Source: Amoebophrya sp. A120
Taxonomy: Eukaryota > Protista > Dinoflagellata
Length of the DNA: 64,000 bases
Reading direction: 5' to 3'
NCBI GenBank assembly: GCA_905178155.1
Contig: CAJINV010000034.1
Coordinates: 62,001 to 126,000, forward strand
In this document: in pieces, positions 56,401-64,000 of the stretch
Layout of the letters: the number at the start of each line of letters is the position of its first letter
Position numbering within the stretch: position 1 is the stretch's first letter
The notes under the pieces: model-generated
Told to the model about the DNA's origin: nothing
What the model saw: the letters and a program-made list of their open reading frames with translations, nothing else
Database searches by the model: none
Program-made: the position numbers and the translations under genes

Positions 56401-59400
56401 ATGAAGATGGCTCCTTCACTACGTAGGTCTGAGCGGTGGAACTGCGTTTTGTCGTTTCTCTTCCACCTGCTCTCCCGCTGGAACAGAAACTCGTCGTTTT
56501 TTCTTACCTTCGCAGGAGTTCTTGTAAACGCACAGGAACAACATCAAGATGACCAGCAGCTCCCGCCGCAGCACCACCACGGACTCCTTGACCCCACTCC
56601 GAACAAACTCTACCGCGGCTGCCAGCTTTGTCAGGACATTCCGGAAGTGCTGGCGGATAGTTTCTTCTTCGACAGTAAGGACTGCATGTGGCCGAAGAAG
56701 CGCGTTGTCGAAAAAACCGACACGGTGGTCTCTTGCACGCTGCTCTCCTGCGTGGCGGTGTACCTCCTGTGTGGCACGGAGAAACTGACCAACGAAAACC
56801 CGCTATCCTGAGCAAAAACGTCCCCACCGCAGAGTTGTCATGCAGATTTCCAGTCACAGGAAGATTTGTAATGCGCGTCCCCATGAGAGGCATCGCATTG
56901 CCAATCGTGTTTTAGACTTTGTAATGCTCGAAACAGGATGAGTAGATAGATTTGTGTTGCGGTTGTACTTGCTACACTGCACTACAATAGAGATACGAAC
57001 TTGTCATGCTTCACTCCCAAAACTTCTCGATTTGTGTTGCAAAATCCCCATCTCGGTCTGGTGTGGGGACGTTTTTACTCAGGATATCCGCTGGACCGGC
57101 TCGCTTTGGAGCTGCCGAGGTTTTTTATCGACTACTACCATAAACTGCTTGTTTCCGGGAAAAGAATGGCGCTGGCGAAAATGGCAGCCTCTGACGACGA
57201 TGAGGAGATGAAAATGACGGATCCGGAAAACAAGTTGAAGCTCATATGCACAGCGCAAAAGCATCGTACTAAGTAGAAATCGCATTACAAATTCGATCAG
57301 CATGTTGACAAGTGGAATTTGCCATGCTGTTTTACCTTGGGATGCAGATTTGTTTTTGTAATGCATGATTGCGATTACTACTTCTTTTGCACGGGATACC
57401 TCAAACCGATCGACGACAGCATTCCGGTGATTATCGCGAATCGAATGAAAGACTTACTGGTTTCGAAACTCCCGGAACTCCATTTGTACAAGCAAACCTA
57501 CAGTTCCTTCTCCGATAGCACAAAGTTCCACGCGGGCGGGTTTCTCGCGCCGGAGATGCTGACACTGGTGGAAAATCTGGTGAATTTTCGCCGTTTGTTC
57601 CAGTGGAGGTTTAATTTTCTCAACGTCGCGTGCCTTATTGAGAGGAAAAATCCCCCCTCCCCATATTGAAACGGCATGCTTCCGAAAATTTGTGTTGCTG
57701 ATTTGAGGTCACAAATCACATTTGTTTTGCAAGAAGACAAGGGCAGAAGCTTCCGCCCCATTATGGAAGCGATTTGTCATGTTGTTGGGCCTAAAGGGAA
57801 GCCGCTTGCCATGCTGAACAACTAGACGCATACGCCCCTACCTAGCCTGGGGATCTGTCTGCAATGCTTTCCTGCAATACAAAGCTGATTTGTGTACTCA
57901 AATCCAGCATCAGAGATTTCGTTTTGATATGGGGAGGGGGGATTTTTCCTTTTGATATGCCTCCGGTGGTCGTTTATGGAAGGGTGCTCACCGGATAGGA
58001 TTGTATTTGAGAACAAAATATGCATTGCAAATATGTCTGGGTCTGGAAGGATGCAACTTCTGATGCTGTCTTCGCATTCTAAACAAATCTGTGCTGCATG
58101 ACCAGCACGACGCGTCGACTTTGTACCACGCGGAGAGGGCATTTGTCATGCAGTATAGTACGCTGCATCAGAAAGCCCTCAAAAAGCCTGTGATGCTAGG
58201 GCATGCATCACAAACATCATGGGTCATGCAAAATGTGCATGACAAGTTCCAGACCCAGACATATTTGCATTTGATACAAAATACCACGGTTTTACCGGGT
58301 GAAGGTCGTGACGGATCTGTTGAAGTCCATGTGGTATGCATTGCAAAAGTATCGTACTTGTACTAATTGCAGTTATGCATTACAAATCTAGGCGTTGAGG
58401 GAAATCCGCATTACAAATTTCATTTCTCATGCTGAGGATATTTGTAATGCATTTATTTATACGAGTGCGATACTTTTGCAATGCATATGTGGCTACGGAA
58501 GGTGGAGGAGAAAGAGCAGAACCAGGGGGAAAATAGAATTCTAGAAGCAGGGGCCGCCGCAGGGTCAAGAAGCACTTCTAGAAGCCACCACGACGATTAT
58601 TCACATAATTCTAGGGCAGTCCCCTGGTACTTCGATAATTCCAAATACGACTACCACGACGAGAGAGTCTTCCCCTCTGAACCAAGCGCGGAGGTGATGC
58701 AGGACAGCATCGCGCACGGACTAGAATCCCAATACGTGAAGCAAACGGTTTTGAAATTTGTCGAGGTCGGGGTGTTTCAGGGTCGGCTAGCATACAGTGT
58801 GCTGAAAACCTGTCCATTTGTGGAGTATTTCGGCGTGGACCCGTACAAGTTCGAAGCGGAGGACTACGAGTTTCAGGGGCTGTTCACAGACCAGATTGAA
58901 GAAAAAAAGGAGAAGGAACAAGGGAGTGTTGATAACGGCGGAACAACGCCTGGGGAGGCACTTCCAGAGTCAGCGACAGCATCTTCTTCTTCTTCGACAA
59001 CACCAGGGGAACAAGACCTTTCGGAAGTAGATGAAAACGCCGCTGCAAAAACTAGTACCGAATCAGAAGAGGAGAAAAAGCAGTCTTTCGCCCAAGCATT
59101 ATTAGAAGCGCGGAACGGTGCCCGGAGCAAGATCGGGTTTTTCCAGAAACGGGCTCGGCTGCTGGAGAAGACGAGTGAGGAGGGGGCGCGGCAGATGAAA
59201 AGGATACTGTTTGAAAGTGGCGATACTGATACAACACGAGCTCCTGCAACTGACGGCGCCGACGAAAATGGTTTTAACACTGCAAGAATAAATGCACCTT
59301 CTGCCTCCATAGATTTCGTCTTCATCGACGGCGACCATCGGTACGAGGCGACCTTCAACGACATTACATATTGGTACCCGCTGGTGAAGGAGAAAACGGG

Positions 59401-59620
59401 GATTATTGGCGGCCACGATTTCGGGTCGAATATAGAGGTGACAAAGGCTGTCATGGATTTCATGCGGCTATACTTGCCCGAAGACTGGAAACTCTATGTA
59501 GACGCAGATTGGACCTGGTTTTTTATAAAACCTGATCTTGGACGAGAAAAAAAAGACAAATTGCTGGTACATCAGCGTCATGCAACGGTGCAAAAAAGTG
59601 CAAGTCACGATGAGCTTTAG
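56401..59620 (+). CDS. Class I SAM-dependent methyltransferase (Methyltransf_24-like); 5 introners
   Basis: FVEVGVFQG, YFGVDPY, IDFVFIDGDHRYE, GIIGGHDF in the last exon; upstream exons join in frame on element removal. Confidence 0.85.
56804..57086. mobile_element. Introner family C
   Basis: DR cccgc/tccgc. Confidence 0.9.
57245..57398. mobile_element. Introner family A
   Basis: DR gctca/cctca. Confidence 0.85.
57636..57957. mobile_element. Introner family E
   Basis: TIR tattgagaggaaaaatcccccctccccatat / atatggggaggggggatttttccttttgata; DR tgcct. Confidence 0.92.
58019..58276. mobile_element. Introner family B
   Basis: DR caaaa. Confidence 0.92.
58335..58487. mobile_element. Introner family A
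   Basis: DR tgtgg. Confidence 0.92.
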
Positions 59621-60582
59621 GAAAGTTGGTTGAATCAGAGTAAAAGTCAAATCTTCGCATTGACAGAGTGCAGTTTTGCGTTCAGTTTTCTACACCAATG
59701 TGACCAGGCTTGTAGATAGAGATCCGACCACGGCCAGTTGCCAATGGCAATTATGGTACGGGACGCAAGTCAGGAACAAGATCCGCTAGAAGTGTTGTAG
59801 AACAGGTAGTTGAAGAAGCTCTGCGACGTTTATTTTCTCTGTGCAGTTACTAGCGGCGGAGCCGGTTCGGCCATCGTGGATCTTTTTTTCCGTTTTTTCT
59901 AAAAAGCGAATAAAGCTTAAGGCTCTGACGTAGTTGCAACCGAGCTCGTCTATATATTGCGCCGTTAATACTTGACGATCTAGCTTTAGCCCAGTTTCCC
60001 GTCACCTCAGCATGAAGATGCGACGAAAGATCAAAGTATTGCTATTCTTCTATCGGACAAGACCACGACCGCAAGACCTAGATATACTTCAATAAGATTT
60101 TATTACGGACGAGCCGCCGCGGGCTTAGAAGGTTATATTCTTTTTGTCGAAGCTGGTGCGCTACTAGTATCTGCTCATACTGCAGTACAAGTACTGAAAT
60201 TTCAAAAACTAATCACCCAGGTCAACACAGTTCTTGTTCTCTTGATTTAGCGATATTCTCCTGCGTTTATTCTTGCAGGCCATTTCTTTAGAGCTGTCTG
60301 TGAAAAAATCCAGGTCCGCTCCACCACACACAATACTTTTCGTCGTTTTACCAAACAACCAAATAGGAATCCGCTGCATTGTTCTTTGTCGATACAGTTC
60401 GCACCACTAGAAAGATAACCCAACATAACAAGAACAATAAGCACAAGTCGTTTTTCAACCACCAGAAGTTGTGTAGGGCGAGAAAATCTAAATCTCAGCA
60501 GGGGACTACTACCTCTGTTCCGCAACCGACGCATCCCAAGCGAAGCGCCAGTACCACCTTCTCAGGACCAGGAACATCGACC

Positions 60583-64000
<3,418 letters not shown>

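Overview
Eukaryotic genomic DNA. The non-canonical, inverted-repeat-bounded introns and the one-directional gene order resemble the parasitic dinoflagellate Amoebophrya; the organism is an inference. About nine host genes, all on the + strand, are broken up by about 65 short (129-407 bp) introner-type elements in at least six sequence families. Almost all start TAT(C/G), end (C/G)ATA, have terminal inverted repeats (TIRs) and sit between 5-bp direct repeats (DRs). Removing an element plus one DR restores the reading frame. This is shown by rebuilt motifs in a DDX3/Ded1-type DEAD-box helicase, an SLC17-like MFS transporter and a Methyltransf_22-like methyltransferase. The main result is a 12,128-bp element (11727-23854) with the same TATG...CATA termini, 208-bp bipartite TIRs and a perfect TATCG DR. 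It is inserted in frame inside a conserved motif of the Methyltransf_22-like gene. It carries cargo ORFs, a nested 1.3-kb TIR element, its own introner and, just inside one TIR, a frameshifted ORF with tyrosine-recombinase-like motifs. It is a candidate giant or formerly autonomous master element of the introner system. All calls come from manual reading; no database searches were run.
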